Notes under the pieces: model-generated
Databases searched by the model: none
What the model was told of the DNA's origin: nothing
The model's input: only the letters and a program-made list of their open reading frames with translations
Position numbers and translations under genes: made by a program
Shown here: positions 9,636 to 18,417 of the stretch, piece by piece
Layout of the letters: the number at the start of each line of letters is the position of its first letter
How positions within the stretch are numbered: the stretch's first letter is position 1
DNA from: an uncultured Anaerolineales bacterium
Lineage (GTDB): Bacteria; Chloroflexota; Anaerolineae; 4572-78; NAK82
Length of the DNA stretch: 64,000 nucleotides
NCBI GenBank assembly: GCA_964439175.1
Contig: CAYTNQ010000004.1
Location: 8,759-72,758, forward strand
Reading direction: 5' to 3'

Positions 9636-12600
9636 ATGAAACAGTTCTCAATGTCCTTTGTCGTAACTATCACTACTTTGTTGATATTAGCCGTTGCGGC
9701 CCTGGCTGACGAACCGACTGCACCTCCTACCCAAACTGCCGACAGCGACTGGCCTATGCTGGCGCACGACCTGGCGCGCTCTAATGCCACGACCCAGGAA
9801 GTAGACCCAGGCAATGTACCTTTTCCAGGGAAGCCAGTTTGGGTCCGTGATTTTGCCAGTGGCGACGAGAAGACTGCGGAGTTGATCTTCAATCAATACC
9901 AGCCTATTGTCGCTGGTGGCCTGGTTTACGTAGGTACATCGCGCAATAATATGTATGCACTGAACACCGAGACCGGTGCCATTGTCTGGACCTATGATGG
10001 CGGTGAGCCGGGGATGATCATGGCCTCACCGTCGGTCGTCGATGGTGTCCTCTACTATGCCGCCACCAATGGTCACGTCTACGCCCTCAACGCCACCAGT
10101 GGCAGCTTGCTCTGGGATCAGGAGATCGTCAGACTGGGTGGCTTTCGCACCTCACCGGCTGTATACGCCGGTTCCATCTACCTGGGTGGGGAAGATGGCA
10201 TCTTCTACGCTCTCGGGGCGGCCGACGGTGCCATTCGCTGGACCTACGACACCGGTGCCCCTATCCTCAACACTGCTGCCATAGACGTAGCCAGAGGACG
10301 CATCTACTTTGCCAACGAGGATATGTACGGCTTTGCGCTAGATCTCAACGGAAATTTCGCCTGGAAATCAGCCAAATTCTACGGCACTAGCACACGCCAT
10401 TTCTACCCCGTCATAGCCGAGAGCGGGGATGCAGTGATCTTCAGAACATCGCCTGGCCCAACCTACCGGGCATTGCACGGTGGCGACACACTGATGGCCC
10501 GTGCCGCCGGTCACACCATCCCCGACGATTTCACATCTATTGGCGATGGTGACTACGGTGCTGATGTCTTGGCACCATATAACGAAGCTGGCTTTAACGC
10601 CGAACAAAACGCGATTGTAAACTGGCTGACCAACCAATATCCAGAGTACCAGACTTTCTACGTATTAAACGCTAACAATGGCAATAAACGTTATGTAACG
10701 GCTGTCCTCTGGTCTGGACCCTCTGGCGACGTAGGGGAACCCCCGGTCGTGGCTCCCGACGGCACCGTGTACGTACGAACGCGGTCCTATTACACCAACT
10801 TTGACGGTACCGGGGCCGTCTATATCTTTGGCGCCCCAGCAGCCACCCTGGATCTGAATACCGGGCGTGTGCGACTCGTCCTACTGCCCAACACGACCCA
10901 ACAGAACAGCTTCGAAACGGGGATTTTTTCGATCTCTGATGAGTCCTCGGCCATCAGCCTCAGTGGCAACCGGCTCTACTTCTATAGCCATGGTGACGTC
11001 CTTGGCACTATGCTGACTTCTGGTGAAGACGCTCGCATGCTGGCCGTCACCCGGGATATGCCCCACGGAATAGATGGCGATCAACGAGGCAAGGCCCTTC
11101 CCTTCGGTCAAGAAGGCCTGCTCGATCAGGGAATGGCTGGCCCAGTCCGTTCTATGGCTGGAGCTGGCGGCGGCACCTCCCTCTGGGGCCAGCCAGCCGT
11201 TATTGCCGACAGCAAGGTCTTTTACGTCTCCCAAGGTATGATCGGTATGTACCAGCGCAATTTCAACGGCGAAACCAACTACATCGCTGCTTCACCAGGA
11301 ACTCAGCCGACTACCGGTCCTATTGCAGTACCACCAGCCTCAGCCCTGGAGAGCTACGTCACTGAAATAGAAAGTTATCCTGTTGGCCCATCGGCCGCCC
11401 CCGATATAAGAAACGAATTGGAGACTCATGTATTGGACCTGGTGTCAGGCGGGCGGTACGCGCCATTCATTCAATTGGCGGGCAAAAAACCGGGTTGGAT
11501 CTACTACAGCGACCCCACTGAGGAGGCTTATATCCTGGCCATCGCCTACCCCTACCTCTCGCCCGGATTGCAAGAGCAAGTCCGATCGCACCTGAATGCC
11601 CTGTGGGCAGCGTATCCAAACCCGCTCAACGCGAACTTACCCTACAACGATCTCACCACTCGTCGCCGAGAGCGATACGAAATCAACAACGACGCGGGGC
11701 GACACGCGGTCGACAAGGGCAGCAGTTACACCATTGACGCGTCGGACCGGCTGTACAATCTTTGGGGTTACGCCTATTATCTTCATGATTGGACTTTTAT
11801 CGTGGATCGTTGGAGTTCAATAGCCAGTGTAGCCCATAGCATTGATCCCAGCATTATAGAAAGCGGCCAGTTTCCCTCTCGTTCGGTCAACAGGCGAGTA
11901 GCCTCTCTCGTCGGCTATGCCCGTATGGCCGACTATCTGCGAGCGGCTTACCCTAATAACCCAACGTATCAAACAGAGTACGCATGGGCCATCAGCGCGG
12001 CAACCACTGCGCTACGCGCTCGCCTCCAATGGGAAGAGGACCATCGACCGGTCGGCAGCCCCTGGAGCCGGGATTGGATTCTGGATGACACGGCTGGAGC
12101 TGGCGATGAAGTCTTTTTGAAGACCAGTTGGGGAACAGGCGGGCAGATCATCCGCTACAATGGGTTGGTGCCGGCCATCGCCCGCGCCCTGCGGGACTAT
12201 GCCTGGGACGATATGCAATTGCAAAATGACTTTGTGGACACAGTCATTCCGGCCCAAATTCTCGCTTGGTCCTTCGTCGTAAATCGAGCGGAGCTATTCA
12301 GTAATCGCCCACACCAGGCACGTGAGGTCTTCCTGGCCAAGGCTCTGATCATGGAAGAGGACCCCGAGGTATTGCGCGACTACCTGAGTTATCCCTGGTG
12401 CAAGGGCGATTTGTACTACATCGAGCGATTGGTGTACATCATCCGGGGATCGGCGTTGAGCGCCCATAAATCGGTCAGCAGCACCACCGCCGAACAAAAC
12501 GATACCCTGACCTATACCCTGTTTATCGTTGGGACAGGGGGCGTTATCACCGTCACCGATTCTATCCCGGGCGGCACCAGCTACCTCAATGGCTCAGCCC

Positions 12601-12833
12601 AGCGAGACCCGGTGATAGGCACACTCACTGCCGACAGCACCCAGGTTCGCTGGACTGGCACGCTCACCGCCAATGAAGGCCTGGAAATCACTTTCGACGT
12701 TATCGTAGAAGCCGCCGATCCGAAAGCCATCGTCAACCGTGCCGAGTTAGACACCGGTGATAACGTCTTGGAGTTAAGCGCGCTGACCATTGCCAATGGG
12801 CTGAAGGCTTTCTTGCCAATCGTTCTGAAGTAA
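9636..12833 (+). CDS. Secreted PQQ-like beta-propeller protein with helical middle region and DUF11 tail
   Basis: ATG 9636 is preceded by GGAGGAAAAGG and followed by a signal peptide (MKQFSMSFVVTITTLLILAVAALA). PQQ/BamB-type repeats are present (GGLVYVGTSRNNMYALNTETGAIVWTY; DGVLYYAATNGHVYALNATSGSLLW). The C-terminal DUF11-type domain contains TLTYTLFIVGTGGVITVTDSIPGG. The protein ends FLPIVLK-stop. The listed 9486 start would overlap the previous gene. Confidence 0.75.
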   Translation: MKQFSMSFVVTITTLLILAVAALADEPTAPPTQTADSDWPMLAHDLARSNATTQEVDPGNVPFPGKPVWVRDFASGDEKTAELIFNQYQPIVAGGLVYVGTSRNNMYALNTETGAIVWTYDGGEPGMIMASPSVVDGVLYYAATNGHVYALNATSGSLLWDQEIVRLGGFRTSPAVYAGSIYLGGEDGIFYALGAADGAIRWTYDTGAPILNTAAIDVARGRIYFANEDMYGFALDLNGNFAWKSAKFYGTSTRHFYPVIAESGDAVIFRTSPGPTYRALHGGDTLMARAAGHTIPDDFTSIGDGDYGADVLAPYNEAGFNAEQNAIVNWLTNQYPEYQTFYVLNANNGNKRYVTAVLWSGPSGDVGEPPVVAPDGTVYVRTRSYYTNFDGTGAVYIFGAPAATLDLNTGRVRLVLLPNTTQQNSFETGIFSISDESSAISLSGNRLYFYSHGDVLGTMLTSGEDARMLAVTRDMPHGIDGDQRGKALPFGQEGLLDQGMAGPVRSMAGAGGGTSLWGQPAVIADSKVFYVSQGMIGMYQRNFNGETNYIAASPGTQPTTGPIAVPPASALESYVTEIESYPVGPSAAPDIRNELETHVLDLVSGGRYAPFIQLAGKKPGWIYYSDPTEEAYILAIAYPYLSPGLQEQVRSHLNALWAAYPNPLNANLPYNDLTTRRRERYEINNDAGRHAVDKGSSYTIDASDRLYNLWGYAYYLHDWTFIVDRWSSIASVAHSIDPSIIESGQFPSRSVNRRVASLVGYARMADYLRAAYPNNPTYQTEYAWAISAATTALRARLQWEEDHRPVGSPWSRDWILDDTAGAGDEVFLKTSWGTGGQIIRYNGLVPAIARALRDYAWDDMQLQNDFVDTVIPAQILAWSFVVNRAELFSNRPHQAREVFLAKALIMEEDPEVLRDYLSYPWCKGDLYYIERLVYIIRGSALSAHKSVSSTTAEQNDTLTYTLFIVGTGGVITVTDSIPGGTSYLNGSAQRDPVIGTLTADSTQVRWTGTLTANEGLEITFDVIVEAADPKAIVNRAELDTGDNVLELSALTIANGLKAFLPIVLK

Positions 12834-12852
12834 AACTATAGAAAGCGAAAAG

Positions 12853-12904
12853 CAGCCCTCGCTGTGCCTCTCTAACAAGATGGGCACCAAGCGAGGGCTG
12901 TTTT
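12853..12904. terminator. Bidirectional rho-independent terminator between convergent genes
   Basis: CAGCCCTCGC (12853-12862) pairs with GCGAGGGCTG (12891-12900). There is an inner GTGCC/GGCAC extension. TTTT at 12901-12904 and GAAAAG upstream flank it. Confidence 0.7.
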
Positions 12905-12924
12905 GGAATAGCCACCAGATACTA

Positions 12925-14523
12925 CTATCGGGCAGACAGTTCGTCAGTGGTAAGCAGCCCAAAAGAATCGGCGTCTACATAAAGCCGTTCGGTGGGGTTC
13001 AGCGCCAGATACGTCAGGCCATCACCCCCTGGCAAGGGAATCTGTAATGCCCGCTGTGGCGTGTCGAGAAAGGCCAGCAACTCATCATCAAAGAGAACCA
13101 GGTAAGTGATTTCATCTGACGAGGCTGGTCGCCCTAACAAGTCGGCCAGCGAGAAAACCCCAATGCTCTGGCGGGGGTTCGTCGCCCCCCCCTCACCCAA
13201 CTCCCACTTAGGGATCACACTGAAGCGGATCAGGGGATAGTCGCTCAAGTAATACTCCAGGTGACGCCAGGCCGTTCCCATTATTACCGTCCGGTCGGGT
13301 GGGAACTCACGGCGGACCACTTCCAGTCGCTGCTGGTAGTATTGATCGTGTTGGCGGATAGTTTGCCAGGTGAGGAGCTTGAAGCGATCACCGCCCAAAG
13401 GGTACATAGGAACAGCCAGAAAAATGATCGCCTGTAACGCAACCAGTCCACCCGTCAGCCCCCATCGCCCCCCCCACCGACTTCCGGCCAGGCGGTGCAA
13501 GCTCTCGGCGCTGGTGAGAAGGAGAGCCGGCAGGAACACGAAAACCAACCCTTGCTGTCCCATATGGACAAAGGTGTAGTAAAGAATTGAAGGCGTTATC
13601 CAAAGAAACAGGAACCAAAGTCGTCGGCGTTGCAGCAATTTTAAGGCGCGGGGGAATCGCAATAGGCCATACGCTATCGCAGGGACGATGGGCAGTCCCC
13701 AGGCATAGAGCGTGTACATGCCCAGCTTGTGGAGATTGCGCTGCAAGCCCCACATTCCCCCACTAAACACCGACGTAGTCTCATTGTAACTCCCGGCAAA
13801 GGCGCTCAATATCTCGAAGTAGCGGATGAGCCCGTTCGTAGATCTCACCAGTGGCACAAACCACAATAAATCTACGATTCCCATCACCACCATCGCCGGC
13901 AACACTCTGCGCCAACCCAGCCGCCAGGCTGCCAAAAGTGCCAGCGGTATCAAAAAGACTTGCGTCTGAGGTCGTAGCCCACCAGCGATAGCCAGCGCCA
14001 CAGCCGCGGGCAGTGCGAATCGCACCTCCCCCTGCATCACCCGATAAAGCATCCATACCACCAGAATGACGGTCAGGGTATCCAGGCTGTGTGGCAGCGC
14101 GACCTCGCCGTAAAACCAGAAGAGCGGACTGGATGCCAGGAAGAGAGCTGCTATCAGCCCCGTCTCACGGGAGAACATCGTCCGAGCCAGGAGATAGAGG
14201 GCCACCACTGCCAGGCCGGAGCTGAGCAGGCTAATGCCGACTAACGCTACCTGGGGATCGCCAACCAGATAATTCACCAGACGTCCCAACATCACATACA
14301 CAATATATCCGGGCACCTGAGGCTGGTCGGCGGCCACGTCGAAGCGATAAAGAGCCATAGCGAAATTCACGGAATCCCAATGATACAGAATGTGGCTGGT
14401 GAAGGGTAAGCGGGAAAGCAACCCCAGCAGAAAAAGAAACAGCAGACACAATCGCTCACTTTGAAGTATCCATAACCAAATTCGCCTATCGCCAGCTATT
14501 CGACCAGACAGTGAATAAATCAT
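12925..14523 (-). CDS. GT-C fold membrane glycosyltransferase-like protein (PMT/ArnT/DUF2723-like)
   Basis: Polytopic membrane protein (many hydrophobic segments in the first ~370 aa) with a soluble C-terminal domain. The first loop, HILYHWDSVNFAMALYRFDVAADQPQVPGY, resembles GT39/GT83-type enzymes. ATG 14523 has an AAGGAA SD and avoids overlap with the upstream gene. Confidence 0.55.
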   Translation of the reverse strand: MIYSLSGRIAGDRRIWLWILQSERLCLLFLFLLGLLSRLPFTSHILYHWDSVNFAMALYRFDVAADQPQVPGYIVYVMLGRLVNYLVGDPQVALVGISLLSSGLAVVALYLLARTMFSRETGLIAALFLASSPLFWFYGEVALPHSLDTLTVILVVWMLYRVMQGEVRFALPAAVALAIAGGLRPQTQVFLIPLALLAAWRLGWRRVLPAMVVMGIVDLLWFVPLVRSTNGLIRYFEILSAFAGSYNETTSVFSGGMWGLQRNLHKLGMYTLYAWGLPIVPAIAYGLLRFPRALKLLQRRRLWFLFLWITPSILYYTFVHMGQQGLVFVFLPALLLTSAESLHRLAGSRWGGRWGLTGGLVALQAIIFLAVPMYPLGGDRFKLLTWQTIRQHDQYYQQRLEVVRREFPPDRTVIMGTAWRHLEYYLSDYPLIRFSVIPKWELGEGGATNPRQSIGVFSLADLLGRPASSDEITYLVLFDDELLAFLDTPQRALQIPLPGGDGLTYLALNPTERLYVDADSFGLLTTDELSAR

Positions 14524-14539
14524 CGAGGCAATTCCTTGC

Positions 14540-16147
14540 TTATTTACGACGCCAGCCGCGCCACACCACAACTGCGCCTAAAATAACCATAGCGGAGGGC
14601 ACCAGGCTGGCAAATAACAGAAGTACGTCGTCGTTCTCTGTGTAGATCGAATTGGGGTCAAAACCGGATGAAGGGATTGAAAGCGACTTCACCGAAGCTG
14701 AAACCGGTGTAGCAATGGAAACGATTGCCGGTACAGGTACTTCCGTCGGAGTCGGTGAAGGCACAGGCGTAGGTAATAGGGGTATCTCGGGCGCATCCAC
14801 CTGAGCAGTGCTGAACCAAATCTGTCGGAAGCGGGCTGCCTCAGCGCTGAAGTCGCCCACCCACCAGACTGCATACAGACGGTTCCCCTGTCCAATGGCG
14901 ATTTTGGGATAATATGCATCGGCATACGCCGGACCTTCGGGTGCCTTATAGATCTGAGTTGGCCGCGACCAAGATATCCCATTCCATAGCAGGTGATACA
15001 CCCCTAGCCGATCACTCTCTGATCCCTCGCGCCCAACAGCGATCAGATGAAAGTTGCCGGCACTATCAACGGCCATATCATAAGCATCAAAGAGAGACAG
15101 TCCCGTTGTGACAAAGCCCGGGATCTTATCTGGCGGTGCCCATGAATGCCCACCATCAGTTGACCAAGTGTAGTAAACGGCTTGTCGGCTCCAGGCCTGC
15201 CACGCGGCCAACACCCGGCCCCGCCCGTCGCTGGCCGCCGCCAACTGAGAGTTTTTGCTCTCAGGATAGGAGAATACTGTGGGAGGCGACCACGTCTGCC
15301 CATCATCTGTAGAGAAGATGAGCACCCCATCGCTGGGATCTCCCTCCAACGCCAGGCGATCCCACCCTTCGTCCCAGGTAATGTAGATCGTGCCACTGCT
15401 GTCGATCTTAATCTGACCTCGTGTGGCGCCTACGGGCGAATTCGACAAATTCATGGGAGAAGACCAGTTACGCCCCCCATCCTTGGAACGACGGTAAAAG
15501 AGATCAGATAACAACTCAGGGTTTGCATCCTCGCTCTCTGGAACTTCAACGGGCACCCACTGGTCATAAATCAGGTGCACGGTCCCCTGGCTATCTACGG
15601 CAACATCGGACATGTAGGCCATTTCCCCACTCATGGGCCGGGGTTCAGACCAGGCGGTGGCTGACAGGGACTCCGATGCCAGTGCACGCATAAAGACGAC
15701 CTGCCATCCCAGGGCATGAGTCGCATAAATGTTTCCAGCCTGATCTGCGGTGATTGTCTCACGCAGAACCCCCCCACCCTGGCCTGTGGAGGCGAACACG
15801 TCGTTAGGTTCCGACCAGCGTCGACCATCCCAGACGCGATGCATCAGCTTGTAAGTGACCTGGTTAGTAAACGTGGTATTCTGCCCTTCCTCCGGCTGCA
15901 TCGTTTCCCAAACCACGTGGAGATTCCCCAGGTTATCAACAGTCAGGTCGGGGAACCAGGCCAGCGCCCCATCCTCAGATATCATTCGCGGCTGGCTCCA
16001 AGTAACAGGCTGCGGCCCCTGCGCCCGCGCGTTGGGCCAGCCCTCAACCGGCAGCCAGGCCAGCGTCCACGCCATCGCCAGGACAATCGCCAAGACTACT
16101 TGCACTACGGCGAGATACCTTCGAAAACGTTTGAATATCATACACAC
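14540..16147 (-). CDS. BNR/Asp-box repeat (sialidase-like beta-propeller) protein with C-terminal membrane anchor
   Basis: N-terminal signal/anchor. Asp-box motifs S-x-D-x-G-x-x-W appear three times (SKDGGRNWS, STDDGQTWS, STDGGHSWA). There is a Pro/Thr-rich linker (PLLPTPVPSPTPTEVPVP). A C-terminal TM helix is followed by WRGWRRK. Confidence 0.7.
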   Translation of the reverse strand: MCMIFKRFRRYLAVVQVVLAIVLAMAWTLAWLPVEGWPNARAQGPQPVTWSQPRMISEDGALAWFPDLTVDNLGNLHVVWETMQPEEGQNTTFTNQVTYKLMHRVWDGRRWSEPNDVFASTGQGGGVLRETITADQAGNIYATHALGWQVVFMRALASESLSATAWSEPRPMSGEMAYMSDVAVDSQGTVHLIYDQWVPVEVPESEDANPELLSDLFYRRSKDGGRNWSSPMNLSNSPVGATRGQIKIDSSGTIYITWDEGWDRLALEGDPSDGVLIFSTDDGQTWSPPTVFSYPESKNSQLAAASDGRGRVLAAWQAWSRQAVYYTWSTDGGHSWAPPDKIPGFVTTGLSLFDAYDMAVDSAGNFHLIAVGREGSESDRLGVYHLLWNGISWSRPTQIYKAPEGPAYADAYYPKIAIGQGNRLYAVWWVGDFSAEAARFRQIWFSTAQVDAPEIPLLPTPVPSPTPTEVPVPAIVSIATPVSASVKSLSIPSSGFDPNSIYTENDDVLLLFASLVPSAMVILGAVVVWRGWRRK

Positions 16148-16195
16148 CTCTCAAACGGTTAACCAATGCCAATTAACTAAACGCACCCTAACTCT

Positions 16196-17569
16196 TCAAT
16201 GCGTAAAGTCAGTTGACTGATGAGCAACGCTCATTTGTGATCTTAAAACACTGACGAGACCGTATGCAGCTACAATAATCAAGTAAGGATCAAAGGGAAG
16301 CCTAAAACGCTCTTTTCCATACAAGAGGAACGCTATGCCGATGTTAATAAATATCGGCAGAACTGGTAATATCATCACCGATATACGCCTCTTCACTGCT
16401 ATTACCAGCCCCAGAACAGCCAATATCAGTATGAGCCTAAATGACCAGACCCTCAGTTTCCCAATACCAGTGAGATATTGCGGTACATCATTCAATTGTG
16501 TAGGGTCGTAATCAGCAGGAGATGGCTCTCGTACCCCCCTATAACCGAGTGGCGGAGACAACTCCTCTCTTGGAATGATGGGGTATGATTTCAATAATCG
16601 TGAAGCACCGTAGCGAACGAACACAACAGGGTGAGAAACGATGAATTCCTTCGCCACCCTCGAAAAATAGCGGTCCCGCTCCAATTCAGAAGCCTCATTA
16701 AAGTTTGGCATAGCGTCGCAATATTTCAATCCTTTCCCACATTCTTCCCATCCAGATGAAGTTTCAAGCATATATCGCAGCCAGTTCCCCTCCCACATGG
16801 ACCATCTCTTGTTTGGAAACACAGTGGGCTCACCCTGAACACGCCAGTTTCTAACTGCCCACGGCCCGACTGTGACGATAAACATGAGCGAAGCCAAGCC
16901 TATGCCAAGAGAGACACTACGTAGGGCGTTTTGCCTTCGTTTCAAGGTCCACCAAAAGGCAAACACCACCATTACTACCGCAAAGGCCAAAATCTCTGGC
17001 CTGACCAGGAAGGTCAGCCCGAACAGAGCCCCCCAAATGATAAAGTGAATATGTCGGAAGGTTCCCAACGCAAATTTGACCAAGAATAGCATAATCAACG
17101 ACACCAAAAAAGAATAAAGAGTCTCAGTCATAATGGGACGAGTGTACATGACGAGCGGCGGATATACACATACAATTAAAGCCGCCAATAGGCCCACAGA
17201 CTCTCCTAAGACCTTCCTGGCGGTAAGAAAGGTAACGACACATACGCCAGCGCCAAGCACGACTTGCAGTAATCTAACAGCAAGATAGCTTTCGCCGAAA
17301 AGGTAGAACAATACAGATAATATTATGGGGTAAACAGGTGGCTGGATGGAGGTTGGTGTGTTGGCATCGGCCACAAAGATATCGAAGCTTAAGGAGAGGC
17401 CACGACCCTCAACAATGCTCTTGGCCAGGTCAATATAGATGTATTGATCATGTAAAGAGTCATAAATACGTTCATCGGCACCAAGGGTGATAATGAAAAG
17501 CAAACGAACAATGAGTGCAAGGATAAAAATGGAGATTGAGATTATCAAAGCCCGATTCTTAGCAAGCAT
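16196..17569 (-). CDS. GT-C fold membrane glycosyltransferase (ArnT/PMT_2-like)
   Basis: Has about 10+ hydrophobic helices. The early loop reads DERIYDSLHDQYIYIDLAKSIVEGRGLS, and the helix pattern is typical of GT39/GT83 family proteins. ATG 17569 has a GGGGAAGG SD; the listed 17590 start is a TTG. Spot counts give about 42-43% GC. Confidence 0.6.
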   Translation of the reverse strand: MLAKNRALIISISIFILALIVRLLFIITLGADERIYDSLHDQYIYIDLAKSIVEGRGLSLSFDIFVADANTPTSIQPPVYPIILSVLFYLFGESYLAVRLLQVVLGAGVCVVTFLTARKVLGESVGLLAALIVCVYPPLVMYTRPIMTETLYSFLVSLIMLFLVKFALGTFRHIHFIIWGALFGLTFLVRPEILAFAVVMVVFAFWWTLKRRQNALRSVSLGIGLASLMFIVTVGPWAVRNWRVQGEPTVFPNKRWSMWEGNWLRYMLETSSGWEECGKGLKYCDAMPNFNEASELERDRYFSRVAKEFIVSHPVVFVRYGASRLLKSYPIIPREELSPPLGYRGVREPSPADYDPTQLNDVPQYLTGIGKLRVWSFRLILILAVLGLVIAVKRRISVMILPVLPIFINIGIAFLLYGKERFRLPFDPYLIIVAAYGLVSVLRSQMSVAHQSTDFTH

Positions 17570-17634
17570 GCATCTACCTTCCCCGTACAAAGCTGTCCAA
17601 GCATCTGGTTAGCGGCCAGGCTTTACAGAAACCA

Positions 17635-18399
17635 TCACGGCCCTCTACCTTCACCACTATAAAGAACAGGCCGAGCAACTGGACTTCTCTCCCCAAACAG
17701 CGCCATCCGCATCACATAACTAAAAGCCTCGATCACAATCCTGAAAGACATCTTTGATTGGCCGACCCGCCGATCTTCAAAAATGATCGGAAACTCTGAG
17801 ACTCTCCCCCCTAGACGCTCAACATAGTAAACGGACCCTACCTGAAAGGCATAGCCCTTCAATTGCATCTCTTGCCAAGGCACTTTCTGTAGCAACTCAC
17901 GGCGATAACATCGAAATCCGCCGGTGCAGTCTCGGGTTTTCAGCCCCAACATCAAACGAGCAAAGGTGTTACCCCCACCGCTGATCAGTTTGCGCAGCGC
18001 CCCCCAGTTTTGCGTGCCCCCCCCTTTTACGTAGCGCGAGCCGATGACCAGGTCGGCCAAGGCAATCTCTTCCAAAAACCCGGGCAAATAGCGAGGGTGA
18101 TGAGAAAAGTCGCAATCCATCTCCAATACATAGTCATACTCTCCGGCTAACGCCCAGCTAAACCCCGCGACATAAGCCGTCCCCAGGCCCATCTTCCCAG
18201 GGCGGTGGATGACATGCACGGCAGGCAGTTCTGCCGCCAACCGGTCCGCAATCTCTCCTGTGCCGTCTGGAGAGTTGTCATCAATCACCAGGATGTCAAA
18301 GCCACAGTTCTGGGCTAATATGGCAGAAACCAGCGGAGCGAGGTTTTCTGCCTCGTTATAAGTAGGAACAACGATGAGTGCACCAGCATGTTTTGTCAT
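17635..18399 (-). CDS. Polyprenol-phosphate mannose synthase-like GT2 (Ppm1/Dpm1 type)
   Basis: ALIVVPTYNEAENL, ILVIDDNSPDGTG, GLGTAYVAGF and EMDCDFSHHP blocks are characteristic of soluble Dpm1/Ppm1-type GT2 enzymes. About 255 aa. Confidence 0.75.
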   Translation of the reverse strand: MTKHAGALIVVPTYNEAENLAPLVSAILAQNCGFDILVIDDNSPDGTGEIADRLAAELPAVHVIHRPGKMGLGTAYVAGFSWALAGEYDYVLEMDCDFSHHPRYLPGFLEEIALADLVIGSRYVKGGGTQNWGALRKLISGGGNTFARLMLGLKTRDCTGGFRCYRRELLQKVPWQEMQLKGYAFQVGSVYYVERLGGRVSEFPIIFEDRRVGQSKMSFRIVIEAFSYVMRMALFGERSPVARPVLYSGEGRGP

Positions 18400-18417
18400 T
18401 TTCTTCTCACCCAAGAA

